In this document: positions 1-7,826 of the stretch, piece by piece
Layout of the letters: each line of letters starts with the position of its first letter
How positions within the stretch are numbered: the first letter of the stretch is position 1
From: an uncultured Bacteroidales bacterium
Lineage (GTDB): Bacteria > Bacteroidota > Bacteroidia > Bacteroidales > Paludibacteraceae
Direction of reading: 5' to 3'
DNA length: 64,000 bases
Assembly: GCA_900319645.1 (NCBI GenBank)
Contig: ONPG01000008.1
Span: 643-64,642, forward strand
Position numbers and translations under genes: made by a program
Notes under the pieces: model-generated
What the model was told of the DNA's origin: nothing
Seen by the model: the letters and a program-made list of their open reading frames with translations, nothing else
Database searches by the model: none

Positions 1-37
1 AGTGGGTGGTTTTGCGGATTTCTACACCTTATTGCCT

Positions 38-90
38 TTTGTCCGAATGTCCGTTTGTCCGTTTGGCTTGGTCTTATGTCCGTTTGGGGA
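38..90. repeat. Cluster of four short GTCC-containing repeats (TTGTCCGAA, ATGTCCGTTT, TTGTCCGTTTGG, ATGTCCGTTTGGGG)
   Basis: Read directly. GTCC cores lie at 41-44, 49-52, 57-60 and 78-81, giving spacings of 8, 8 and 21 nt. The cluster is intergenic, downstream of the cysS stop. Confidence 0.6.
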
Positions 91-162
91 CAGAAGAGAG
101 ACAAAAGGTATTCGGGCGAGGAATCAGATGGCATCTGACAGCACTATTGCGATCCAGAGAAA

Positions 163-1641
163 TCAAATAGACCACTCGAAGCCGTCCTTGGTGTCTTTGA
201 TCTGGAAACCGAGTTCGGTGAGACGGTTGCGGATCTGATCGGAGGTCGCCCAGTCTTTGTTCTGCTTCGCCTGCAAACGAATGCCAAGGAGGAGATCGAC
301 GGCTCCGTGGAAGGCAGACAGCTGATTACTGGAGTTGGGCGACTGCTCGTTGGCCATTTCACCCAAGGTCAGACCAAGGATGTCGATGGCGAAAGTCTTC
401 CACACTTCTTTGAGTTCCGCGAGATCGGTTTCGGAGATCGTAGCCTTGCCATCCCAAACGGTGTTGATTGCCTTAGCCGAATCGAAGAGCGCCGCAATAA
501 CAAACGGCGTGTTCAGGTCATCATCCATCGCGTCCTGACAACGTTGACGGAGCCCTGCAACCTCCACCGTTGTTTCCTTTCCGCCTTGAAGTTTTAGCAG
601 TCTTGCATAAGCTTCTTGCAAGCGAACAAGTCCTTTCTCGGCGGCTTCGAGCGCTTCGGACGAGAAATCGACCGTAGAGCGGTAGTGCGCCTGCAGGATG
701 AAGAAACGGATGACCATCGGTCCGAAAGGCTTGGAGAGCAAGGGGTGATTACCGGAGAAGAACTGCTCGAGGGTAATGAAATTGTTGTAGCTCTTACCCA
801 TTTTCTTGCCGGCGATGGTGATCATGTTGTTGTGCATCCAGTAGTGGACGGACTCCTTGCCGAGGGCAGCGCAGGACTGAGCTATCTCCGCCTCGTGGTG
901 CGGGAAGATGAGGTCAAGTCCTCCTCCGTGGATATCGAACTGCTCGCCGAGGTACTTGGTACCCATCGTGGAGCACTCCATGTGCCAACCGGGGAATCCT
1001 TCGGACCAAGGGCTGGGCCAGTGCATGATATGCTCGGGCGACGCTTTTTTCCAAAGGGCGAAGTCGTAGCTGTGCTTCTTCTCGGATTGGCCATCCAGTT
1101 CGCGTGTCTCGGTGACGATGTCGTTGAGGTTGCGTCCGGAGAGTTTGCCGTAAGGATAGTCCTTGGCGTATTTCTCCACGTCCATATAAACGGAACCGTT
1201 GGCAACATAGGCATAGCCACGGTCGAGGATCTTCTGGACAAAAGCGATCTGCTCGATGATGTGTCCGGAAGCGTGCGGCTCGATAGACGGCGGCAGGACG
1301 TTGAGCGCAGCCATGTCACGGTGGTAGCGATTGGTGTAATACTGCACGACCTCCATCGGCTCGAGTTGTTCGAGCCGTGCTTTCTTAGCAATCTTGTCCT
1401 CGCCCTCGTCGGCATCGTGCTCGAGGTGCCCGACATCCGTGATATTACGTACATAGCGAACCTTGTAGCCAAGGAACATCAGATAGCGGTAGAGGACATC
1501 GAACGTGATAGCGGGACGTGCGTGTCCGAGGTGTGCATCGCCGTACACGGTGGGACCGCAGACATACATGCCTACGTGTCCCTCGTGCAACGGACGGAAA
1601 GTTTCTTTGAATCGTGTTAATGAATTATAGATTTCTAACAT
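163..1641 (-). CDS. cysS: Cysteine--tRNA ligase
   Basis: 492-aa ORF. It has a class I aaRS HIGH-type motif ([10 protein letters not shown]), a KMSKS-type motif (KMGKS), and a CysRS-like sequence throughout ([10 protein letters not shown]...). Confidence 0.95.
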   Translation of the reverse strand: MLEIYNSLTRFKETFRPLHEGHVGMYVCGPTVYGDAHLGHARPAITFDVLYRYLMFLGYKVRYVRNITDVGHLEHDADEGEDKIAKKARLEQLEPMEVVQYYTNRYHRDMAALNVLPPSIEPHASGHIIEQIAFVQKILDRGYAYVANGSVYMDVEKYAKDYPYGKLSGRNLNDIVTETRELDGQSEKKHSYDFALWKKASPEHIMHWPSPWSEGFPGWHMECSTMGTKYLGEQFDIHGGGLDLIFPHHEAEIAQSCAALGKESVHYWMHNNMITIAGKKMGKSYNNFITLEQFFSGNHPLLSKPFGPMVIRFFILQAHYRSTVDFSSEALEAAEKGLVRLQEAYARLLKLQGGKETTVEVAGLRQRCQDAMDDDLNTPFVIAALFDSAKAINTVWDGKATISETDLAELKEVWKTFAIDILGLTLGEMANEQSPNSSNQLSAFHGAVDLLLGIRLQAKQNKDWATSDQIRNRLTELGFQIKDTKDGFEWSI

Positions 1642-1691
1642 AATTCTATTTTTTGTTCATTTATTATTCTTTTCAAAAACCTTTGCGAGTG

Positions 1692-1722
1692 CAAAGGTAC
1701 GAAAAAAAATTGAAAGTTACAA
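1692..1722 (-). promoter_or_regulatory. Bacteroidota-type promoter (TTG-N20-TACCTTTG) for cysS
   Basis: The minus strand reads TTGTAACTTTCAATTTTTTTTCGTACCTTTG. The -7 element lies ~45 nt upstream of the cysS ATG. It overlaps a small inverted repeat, CCTTTGC-GAGT-GCAAAGG. Confidence 0.5.
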
Positions 1723-1808
1723 ACAAATTAGTAATAAAATTGTTACTAAGTATAAAATTACCTGATTTTGGAATAAAAATTCATGGTAAAAGGCACTGAA
1801 ATACACCT

Positions 1809-3017
1809 CTAATAAAGCAAACCGAACATCCAAAGCGGAATACGGTTTTTGTATCCCGTCTCGGTGTTATCTACCGCCAAGAAGGAATTGGGTACATCTT
1901 TTATCTGTTCAAATGTTTTGGAAGCGCCTCCCACTTCAAACAGATATTGGTCATTTACCAGAAAATCACCCTTTGCAGGATAACAAACCGGCACAACTTC
2001 CTGTACTTGATTTAAGAAGAACGTTTCTCTCACCGTTCCTATTTCAATCTTTGCACCCAACGCATACATGAGATTGGTGTTATGAAGGAATATTTTCTCC
2101 GGTCGGCTGAGTGTTTTCAGGTTTTTGGTTTTATCGGTGAGCAACATCAGCAAATCTGCACGAGCCAAGGCGTAAAGCATTTTGAGTCCTTGGTTTCTTC
2201 CTGTTTCCAATTGACCATACAAGGTATTCATCGTCGGCATTTGAGGCACACTCTGTGCTAAGACCATCAGCATTTTTTTGGTCTTCTCGATCGTTGAAAC
2301 CGTCACATCATCCACAATGGGATAATCGCACTCCAATACCTGATTTACGACATGTTGCAAACGTATTTCATAACCGGAACGCACGGATTTATAAAACGGA
2401 TAATAGCCGTGTTGCAAGTAAGCGTCAAAATATGGCTGAATATTGCCTAATTGCTCTTTCACAGCAAAAGATATCTGTACGTGATTTTGGAGTATATCCT
2501 CCAATGAATGTGCTGCTAACTCTGCTACACCCTCAAACCTCAGATATTCCCTGAAAGACAACCCCGGCAAATGATAGTCAATCAGTCTGCGAGACAGGTC
2601 ACCCTCGCCGGCCTCCAACTGCAACATAGACGAACCGGTGAAAGCAATATGCAGATCCGCATACTCGTCAATAAGGTTTTTAATGGCAGTCTGCCAATGC
2701 GGGTAATAATGTACTTCGTCCAAAAACAAGTACTTCCCGCCTTGCAGATAGAACCAATCTGCCAACTCTTTGAGCGAATACGACTGAAACCACAAGTTAT
2801 CCAAAGACACATAGAGCGTATCATCCACATTCGGAAAGGATTGCAGTATGTGTTGCAACATCAGCGTCGTTTTACCGACACCCTTCGAACCTTTGATTTC
2901 TATCAGTCGGTCTTGCCAATCTATTTTCTCCATCAACGGACGGATATAATCCAATGATACGGTAGAAAGAAAATTGTGATAGGTTTTGATGATAGGTAGT
3001 ACATCTTGTCGTTCCAT
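1809..3017 (-). CDS. AAA-family ATPase (AAA_14 / DUF4143-type architecture)
   Basis: 402-aa ORF with Walker A (GSKGVGKTT) and Walker B-like (LFLDEVHYY) motifs. Its length and C-terminal region are typical of the widespread DUF4143 ATPases. Two spot-counted lines give ~37-38% GC, lower than the flanking genes. Confidence 0.75.
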   Translation of the reverse strand: MERQDVLPIIKTYHNFLSTVSLDYIRPLMEKIDWQDRLIEIKGSKGVGKTTLMLQHILQSFPNVDDTLYVSLDNLWFQSYSLKELADWFYLQGGKYLFLDEVHYYPHWQTAIKNLIDEYADLHIAFTGSSMLQLEAGEGDLSRRLIDYHLPGLSFREYLRFEGVAELAAHSLEDILQNHVQISFAVKEQLGNIQPYFDAYLQHGYYPFYKSVRSGYEIRLQHVVNQVLECDYPIVDDVTVSTIEKTKKMLMVLAQSVPQMPTMNTLYGQLETGRNQGLKMLYALARADLLMLLTDKTKNLKTLSRPEKIFLHNTNLMYALGAKIEIGTVRETFFLNQVQEVVPVCYPAKGDFLVNDQYLFEVGGASKTFEQIKDVPNSFLAVDNTETGYKNRIPLWMFGLLY

Positions 3018-3084
3018 AGTACATCAGTTTTGAAATCCGATGCAAAATTACAACTTTTTTCTTACATACGCAAGAGATTGTCTC

Positions 3085-3138
3085 AAAAAAGTATCTGCAA
3101 GTACTAATTTTACCCTATTTTTAGTACATAGAGATACT
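3085..3138. repeat. Imperfect upstream copy of the nagB terminator hairpin
   Basis: AAAAAAGTATCTGCAAGTACTA...TAGTACATAGAGATACT. The left arm differs from the 3169-3190 arm at one base. The right arm is degenerate. Confidence 0.6.
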
Positions 3139-3168
3139 AATTTAGCGTTTTTTGATGTATCTTGGCAC

Positions 3169-3227
3169 AAAAAAGTATCTACAAGTACTAATTTTATGCA
3201 TTTTTTAGTACTTGCAGATATTTTTTT
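3169..3227 (-). terminator. Rho-independent (bidirectional-type) terminator downstream of nagB
   Basis: A ~22-nt arm, AAAAAAGTATCTACAAGTACTA, pairs with TAGTACTTGCAGATATTTTTTT, with one mismatch in the middle. The A and T runs flank the stem. It begins 17 nt after the nagB stop. Confidence 0.65.
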
Positions 3228-3243
3228 AGGGCGCTTCTAAAAA

Positions 3244-4053
3244 TTACAGCAGGGTTTTCGGATCGAGGTTGTTGCGCTCGATATCTTTGAAATATTTGAA
3301 TGTACCGAGTTTGAGCTCTTCGCACGCAGCCTCGTCGCACACGATGATACCGTGCTGGTGGCGCTGGAGTTCGGAAACGGTCCACATATGGCTGATAGGC
3401 TCCTCTATAGCGTGCTGGAGCGCACGTGCTTTGTTGTGACCGTTGACCATGATCAGCACTTCCTTGGCATCCATAACGGTACCGACACCTACGGTGAGGG
3501 CAGTCTTGGGCACTTTGTTGACATCGTTGTCGAAGAAACGGCTGTTGGCTATGATGGTATCGGTGGTCAGCTCTTTCTTACGCGTACGGCTGGAGAGGGA
3601 GGAACCCGGCTCGTTGAAGGCGATATGTCCGTCAGGACCGATACCTCCGAGGAAGAGGTGGATACCACCGATATTGCGGATTTTCTCCTCATAGCGCGCG
3701 CACTCCGCCTCAAGGTCAGCGGCGTTGCCGTTCAGGATATTCACATTCTCCTTGCGGATATCAATGTGGCTGAAGAAATTGTTCCACATAAAGCTGTGGT
3801 AGCTCTCGGGGTGCTCTTCGGGAAGGCCTACATACTCATCCATGTTGAAGGTTACTACATTGCGGAAGGACACTTTGCCTGCCTTGTTGAGTTGGATAAG
3901 TGCACGGTACATACCCAGCGGCGAACTGCCGGTAGGAAGACCCAGCACAAAGGGTTTGCCCTCTTTGGGCTCAAACTCGTTGATACGTTTAGCTACATAA
4001 TTCGCAGCCCACTCACTCAGCAGGTCATACGAAGGTTGAATAATTACACGCAT
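3244..4053 (-). CDS. nagB: Glucosamine-6-phosphate deaminase
   Basis: 269-aa ORF with characteristic NagB blocks ([29 protein letters not shown]). Confidence 0.93.
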   Translation of the reverse strand: MRVIIQPSYDLLSEWAANYVAKRINEFEPKEGKPFVLGLPTGSSPLGMYRALIQLNKAGKVSFRNVVTFNMDEYVGLPEEHPESYHSFMWNNFFSHIDIRKENVNILNGNAADLEAECARYEEKIRNIGGIHLFLGGIGPDGHIAFNEPGSSLSSRTRKKELTTDTIIANSRFFDNDVNKVPKTALTVGVGTVMDAKEVLIMVNGHNKARALQHAIEEPISHMWTVSELQRHQHGIIVCDEAACEELKLGTFKYFKDIERNNLDPKTLL

Positions 4054-4162
4054 TGTTTTTTAGTTGTTTGAAATAGTTTGAAATAGTTTATAATTGTTAA
4101 TCTTTGTATGCCGGTAACTACTGCCTAACGGACAAACAAAGGGGATTGGCGATTACGAACCG

Positions 4163-4942
4163 TTATTCGCTGAAGAGGAGTTCTTCGAGTTGCGCCTCAT
4201 CGGGATTGCGGGCGATGATCGTCCCGTCGCTATTGATGAGGATCGTGGTCGGGATACTGACTACGCCGTATAGTTCGGAGCAGAGGTGCTCGGCATCCTG
4301 GCGCACTTGGGGCCAGGGCATCTGCTCTTCGTCGAGAGCTTTGAGCCACGCCGCTTCGTCCTGATCGACAGAGCAGGAGAGGATCTGGAAATGTCCTTTC
4401 GGCTGACCGGCATAGATCTCCTTGAGCACAGGAATCAGACGCCGGCAGGGTCCGCACCAGGAAGCCCAGAAATCGACGAGCACGTAGTCGGTTTTGCCGA
4501 CCAACTGACTCAGCGCCAAGTGGTTGCCTTCGGGCGTCAGTGCGGCAAAATCCGTATAGGCGTTCTCGGCGGAAGTAGCCGCTTCGCGCTGGAAGACCTC
4601 GTACATCTTAGCGATGTCTTCGTTCTCACGCATCGACTGCGGCATCTTGTTGAAAAGGACCTCTTTCTGCTCCTGGGTGAAGAGATAGGCGATACCGACA
4701 AAGAGGGTGTCGGAATAGGGCTCGCCCATGTGTTCGTCGAGAAGGATATACATCGAGTCCACCATGTTGGTGAAGAGCGCCTCTTTCTCCTCCTGGCTTT
4801 GAGCAGCCTGCGCCGCAGCCAGCGTGCGGGTATAGAGCGACTCCGACTGGGTTTTCAGGTCGAAGGGCTTGTGGCAAGAAGCCAGGAAAGTACAAAGGGA
4901 CAATGTACCAAGTACAAGGGATTTAACAGATAGTTTTTTCAT
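4163..4942 (-). CDS. TlpA/ResA-like thiol-disulfide oxidoreductase lipoprotein (thioredoxin fold)
   Basis: 259-aa ORF. It has a signal peptide with a lipobox-like LASC and a CGPC active site (WASWCGPC). Confidence 0.85.
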   Translation of the reverse strand: MKKLSVKSLVLGTLSLCTFLASCHKPFDLKTQSESLYTRTLAAAQAAQSQEEKEALFTNMVDSMYILLDEHMGEPYSDTLFVGIAYLFTQEQKEVLFNKMPQSMRENEDIAKMYEVFQREAATSAENAYTDFAALTPEGNHLALSQLVGKTDYVLVDFWASWCGPCRRLIPVLKEIYAGQPKGHFQILSCSVDQDEAAWLKALDEEQMPWPQVRQDAEHLCSELYGVVSIPTTILINSDGTIIARNPDEAQLEELLFSE

Positions 4943-4979
4943 TTTTGTGATTATTTAGACCGGTACTCCGGTATTCCTA

Positions 4980-7076
4980 TTATTCGCGTTTGAGGACTAC
5001 AGCGCTACGGGCGGGGAGGTACATCTTGAGCCAGCCTTTGCCGTCCTTGGCATAGAGGTCGTCGTGCTGGGTGAAATGCTCGACGGAGTCGTCGCTGAGA
5101 CCGAAGCCTGCGAACTCGCGCGCGTCCGTGTTCAATACTACTTTATATTTGCCTTCGGGCACCAACATTCCGTAGTCGGAGAAGGATTTCTGGCCGTTCC
5201 AGTTGAAGATGAAGAGGAGGTCTCCACGGGAGTAAGCCACCACCTGATCGCCTTCGTTGTCCCACCATTTCATTACCCAGGGCAGGTGTTTGCCCACGTT
5301 GTATTTCTTCTCCTCAGCGGTCGGTTTCTCGGTCAGCAGATACTCCTTGAGGAGGTGAATCATCGCTTGGTCGAAGCGGTTGAGGTCGGCAAAGAAATAG
5401 TTGGGATTGTCCACGAGGCTCCACTGACGACGGGCATATTTATAGCTCCATCCGTTGCCCTCACGCGGAAAATCGATCCACTCGGGATGTCCGAACTCGT
5501 TGCCCATAAAGGTTAAGTATCCACCATTGATGGTGGATGCCGTCACGAGACGGATCATCTTGTGCAAAGCGATGCCGCGGTCCACCATATAATTGGAGTG
5601 TCCGTGCTCGAAGTGCCAGTACATATCTGCGTCCACGAGGCGGAAGATGATGGTCTTGTCGCCCACGAGCGCCTGGTCGTGGCTCTCGGCATAGGAGATA
5701 GTACGCTCGTCCTCGCGGCGGTTGGTCATCTCAAAGAGGATATGTCCGGCTTTCCAGTCTTCGTCCTTGACCTCCTTGATATATTTGATCCAGAAATCAG
5801 GAATACCCATCGCCAGCCGGTAGTCGAAACCGACACCTCCGTCTTCGATCTTGGCAGCCAGTCCCGGCATGCCGGACATCTCTTCGGCAATCGTGATGGC
5901 ATCGGGTTTGACCTGGTGAATCACTTTGTTAGCGAGGGTCAGATACATAATGGCGTCTCCGTCCTCGTTGCCGTTGAAATAGCTGCCGTAGCCGTTGAAA
6001 TCCTCCCCCAGACCGTGGCTGCGGTAGATCATCGAGGTGACTCCGTCGAAACGGAAACCATCGAAATCGTACTCATCGAGCCAGAACTTGCAGTTGGAGA
6101 GCAGGAAATGGAGCACTTCGTTCTTGCCGTAGTTGAAGCAAAGGCTGTCCCAAGCCGGGTGCTCGCGGCGTGCTCCGTCGTGGAAATACTGGTAAGGCGT
6201 GCCGTCGAAATTGCCGAGTCCCTCCAGTTCGTTCTTGACAGCGTGGCTGTGCACCAGATCCATGATGACCTTCATTCCGCGTCCGTGTGCATCGTCGATA
6301 AGCGCTTTGAGCTCGTTAGGCGTACCGAAGCGGCTGGAAGCGGCGAAGAAATTGGACACATGGTAGCCGAAAGAGCCGTAGTAAGGGTGCTCCTGGATAG
6401 CCATGATCTGGATGCAGTTGTAGCCCAAAGCGGCGATACGCGGCAGGACGTCGCGACGGAACTCCTCGTAGCTGTTCACTTTCTCCTGCTCGGAGGACAT
6501 ACCAATATGGCACTCATAGATGAAAAGACCGTCTTTGCCCACTTTCTTCGCTTTGGCGGCATTGCGGTGCTTCCACTGGTACTCGGGTTCGTCCCAAACC
6601 TGTGCGGAGAAGATTTTGGTCTGCTCGTCCTGCACCACGCGGCGAACATAGCTCGGGATACGCTCGCCGTAACCTCCCTGCCACTCCACCAGCAGTTTGT
6701 AGAGCTGCTCGTGCTTGACAGCATCTTCGGGCATTTTGGCTTCCCAGACGCCGTTGCCGACAGGCTGGAGGCGGTAGTTCTCGTCCTTCTGCCAGCCGTT
6801 CATATCACCTTTGATATAGATGGCGGTAGCGTTAGGCGCCCACTCGCGGAGAACCCATTCGCCGGCTACTTTCTTGCCTTTCTCATCCGTATAAGGCTTC
6901 TTGTGGTGGAGACCGAAATAGAGGTATCCGCTCGCCCAATCAGCGAGAGGTGTGCCTGCTGCGATCTCTTTCTCTTTATTGACTGCGTAGTCGAAGCGTC
7001 CTTGCAGAGCCGCCTCATAGGGCTCCAGATACGGATCGCGGGCTACGATAGGAAGATGTTTGGGAGTCTTTGCCAT
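4980..7076 (-). CDS. glgB: 1,4-alpha-glucan branching enzyme (GH13)
   Basis: 698-aa ORF with GH13 catalytic-region blocks (DGFRFDGVTSM, GNEFGHPEW, ESHDQALVGDK) and an N-terminal carbohydrate-binding-like region. Confidence 0.9.
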   Translation of the reverse strand: MAKTPKHLPIVARDPYLEPYEAALQGRFDYAVNKEKEIAAGTPLADWASGYLYFGLHHKKPYTDEKGKKVAGEWVLREWAPNATAIYIKGDMNGWQKDENYRLQPVGNGVWEAKMPEDAVKHEQLYKLLVEWQGGYGERIPSYVRRVVQDEQTKIFSAQVWDEPEYQWKHRNAAKAKKVGKDGLFIYECHIGMSSEQEKVNSYEEFRRDVLPRIAALGYNCIQIMAIQEHPYYGSFGYHVSNFFAASSRFGTPNELKALIDDAHGRGMKVIMDLVHSHAVKNELEGLGNFDGTPYQYFHDGARREHPAWDSLCFNYGKNEVLHFLLSNCKFWLDEYDFDGFRFDGVTSMIYRSHGLGEDFNGYGSYFNGNEDGDAIMYLTLANKVIHQVKPDAITIAEEMSGMPGLAAKIEDGGVGFDYRLAMGIPDFWIKYIKEVKDEDWKAGHILFEMTNRREDERTISYAESHDQALVGDKTIIFRLVDADMYWHFEHGHSNYMVDRGIALHKMIRLVTASTINGGYLTFMGNEFGHPEWIDFPREGNGWSYKYARRQWSLVDNPNYFFADLNRFDQAMIHLLKEYLLTEKPTAEEKKYNVGKHLPWVMKWWDNEGDQVVAYSRGDLLFIFNWNGQKSFSDYGMLVPEGKYKVVLNTDAREFAGFGLSDDSVEHFTQHDDLYAKDGKGWLKMYLPARSAVVLKRE

Positions 7077-7114
7077 AATTTAAGTGTTTTTTATAGTGTT
7101 AAGTAATGGTTAAA

Positions 7115-7173
7115 GGGGGTGATAAGGGGGTGATTAGCGCGTGATTACGGGGTGATTCCCGGTATATCACCGC
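7115..7173. repeat. Four tandem 11-bp units (GGGGGTGATAA / GGGGGTGATTA / GCGCGTGATTA / CGGGGTGATTC) plus an inverted partial copy
   Basis: Read directly between the yhcH-family stop and the glgB start. On the gene strand the core reads (T/A)ATCACCCC. Confidence 0.75.
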
Positions 7174-7192
7174 AAGCGTACCATCTTCCGGT

Positions 7193-7648
7193 TTACTGGT
7201 TGACGCGCGCCTTGACGATCAGTTTGCGGTACTCCTTGCCCGGCGCGATACCCGGCTGGTGTGCGTCCTCGGGGAAGAAAACGGCGAAATGTCCGGCGGG
7301 AACGGTGAACTTGGCGGTAGCTTTGTCGGCGTAGAACTCCACGTCCTTGCCCTCGTCGTAGTCCTGGGTGATCTCCTGGCAGTCCACCTGTGCTTTCCAG
7401 CCCATTTCCTCATCGTCGCCGAGGGGAATCTGGATATCCAGATAGTCACGGTGTGCCTCCATATGGCATTTGGACTCCTCTTTGCCTTTGAAATCGTTGA
7501 TGTTCACGAAGAGGTTCTTACCGTCCAGGTAGATTTTGCACGCAGGCATCTCTTCCAAGTCGTTTTCGTTGTAAAATTTCATGAATTGTTCGAAGCCCGG
7601 TACACAATCGTAGTACCTGTCGGCGTTCTCGAGTTTGTCAAGTATCAT
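7193..7648 (-). CDS. YhcH/YjgK/YiaL family protein (DUF386, EbgC-like)
   Basis: 151-aa ORF. The N-terminus (MILDKLENADRYY) and C-terminal block (GHFAVFFPEDAHQPG) are typical of the family. Confidence 0.85.
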   Translation of the reverse strand: MILDKLENADRYYDCVPGFEQFMKFYNENDLEEMPACKIYLDGKNLFVNINDFKGKEESKCHMEAHRDYLDIQIPLGDDEEMGWKAQVDCQEITQDYDEGKDVEFYADKATAKFTVPAGHFAVFFPEDAHQPGIAPGKEYRKLIVKARVNQ

Positions 7649-7693
7649 ACTAATTTTAGAATTTGGTTATTTGCAGATTTACAATTTAGCGTG

Positions 7694-7724
7694 CAAAATT
7701 ACAAAAAAATTAGCATATATGCAA
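7694..7724 (-). promoter_or_regulatory. Bacteroidota-type promoter (CTTGCATATATG...TAATTTTG) for the yhcH-glgB gene string
   Basis: The minus strand reads TTGCATATATGCTAATTTTTTTGTAATTTTG, with exact N20 spacing, ~45 nt upstream of the ATG. Its extended -33 region (TTGCATATAT) matches those at 29556, 41863, 42071 and 42786. Confidence 0.55.
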
Positions 7725-7765
7725 GTTATTTTATCATTTTTTGCAGAAAGAGGCATAAATAAGCA

Positions 7766-7798
7766 CCCTGCGGGCACTCAAAAGGAGTACCCGCAGGG
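7766..7798 (-). terminator. Hairpin terminator ending the four-gene surface-protein operon
   Basis: CCCTGCGGG...CCCGCAGGG forms a 9-bp GC-rich stem with an inner ACTC/GAGT extension. A T-rich tract follows on the minus strand. The hairpin starts 29 nt after the stop at 7827. Confidence 0.6.
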
Positions 7799-7826
7799 TT
7801 AAAAGGTCGGAAAAGAGGGGTGTTGA

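Noticed and set aside
3040-3240. 66-aa plus-strand ORF
   Set aside because: It spans the duplicated terminator hairpins, so its internal repeat simply reflects the DNA duplication. No promoter or coding-like composition is present.
5562-7106. 514-aa plus-strand ORF, together with similar antisense ORFs at 616..1620, 3352..4071, 51548..52588 and 45604..46320
   Set aside because: Each lies opposite a confidently identified housekeeping gene (glgB, cysS, nagB, uvrC, mrdA) and has no motifs of its own.
7115-7173. CRISPR array or iteron-based replication origin for the 11-bp repeat arrays (also 29354..29410)
   Set aside because: The units are directly abutting with no spacers, and they are far too short for CRISPR. 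No cas, rep or partition genes are nearby. They are kept only as unexplained phased repeats.
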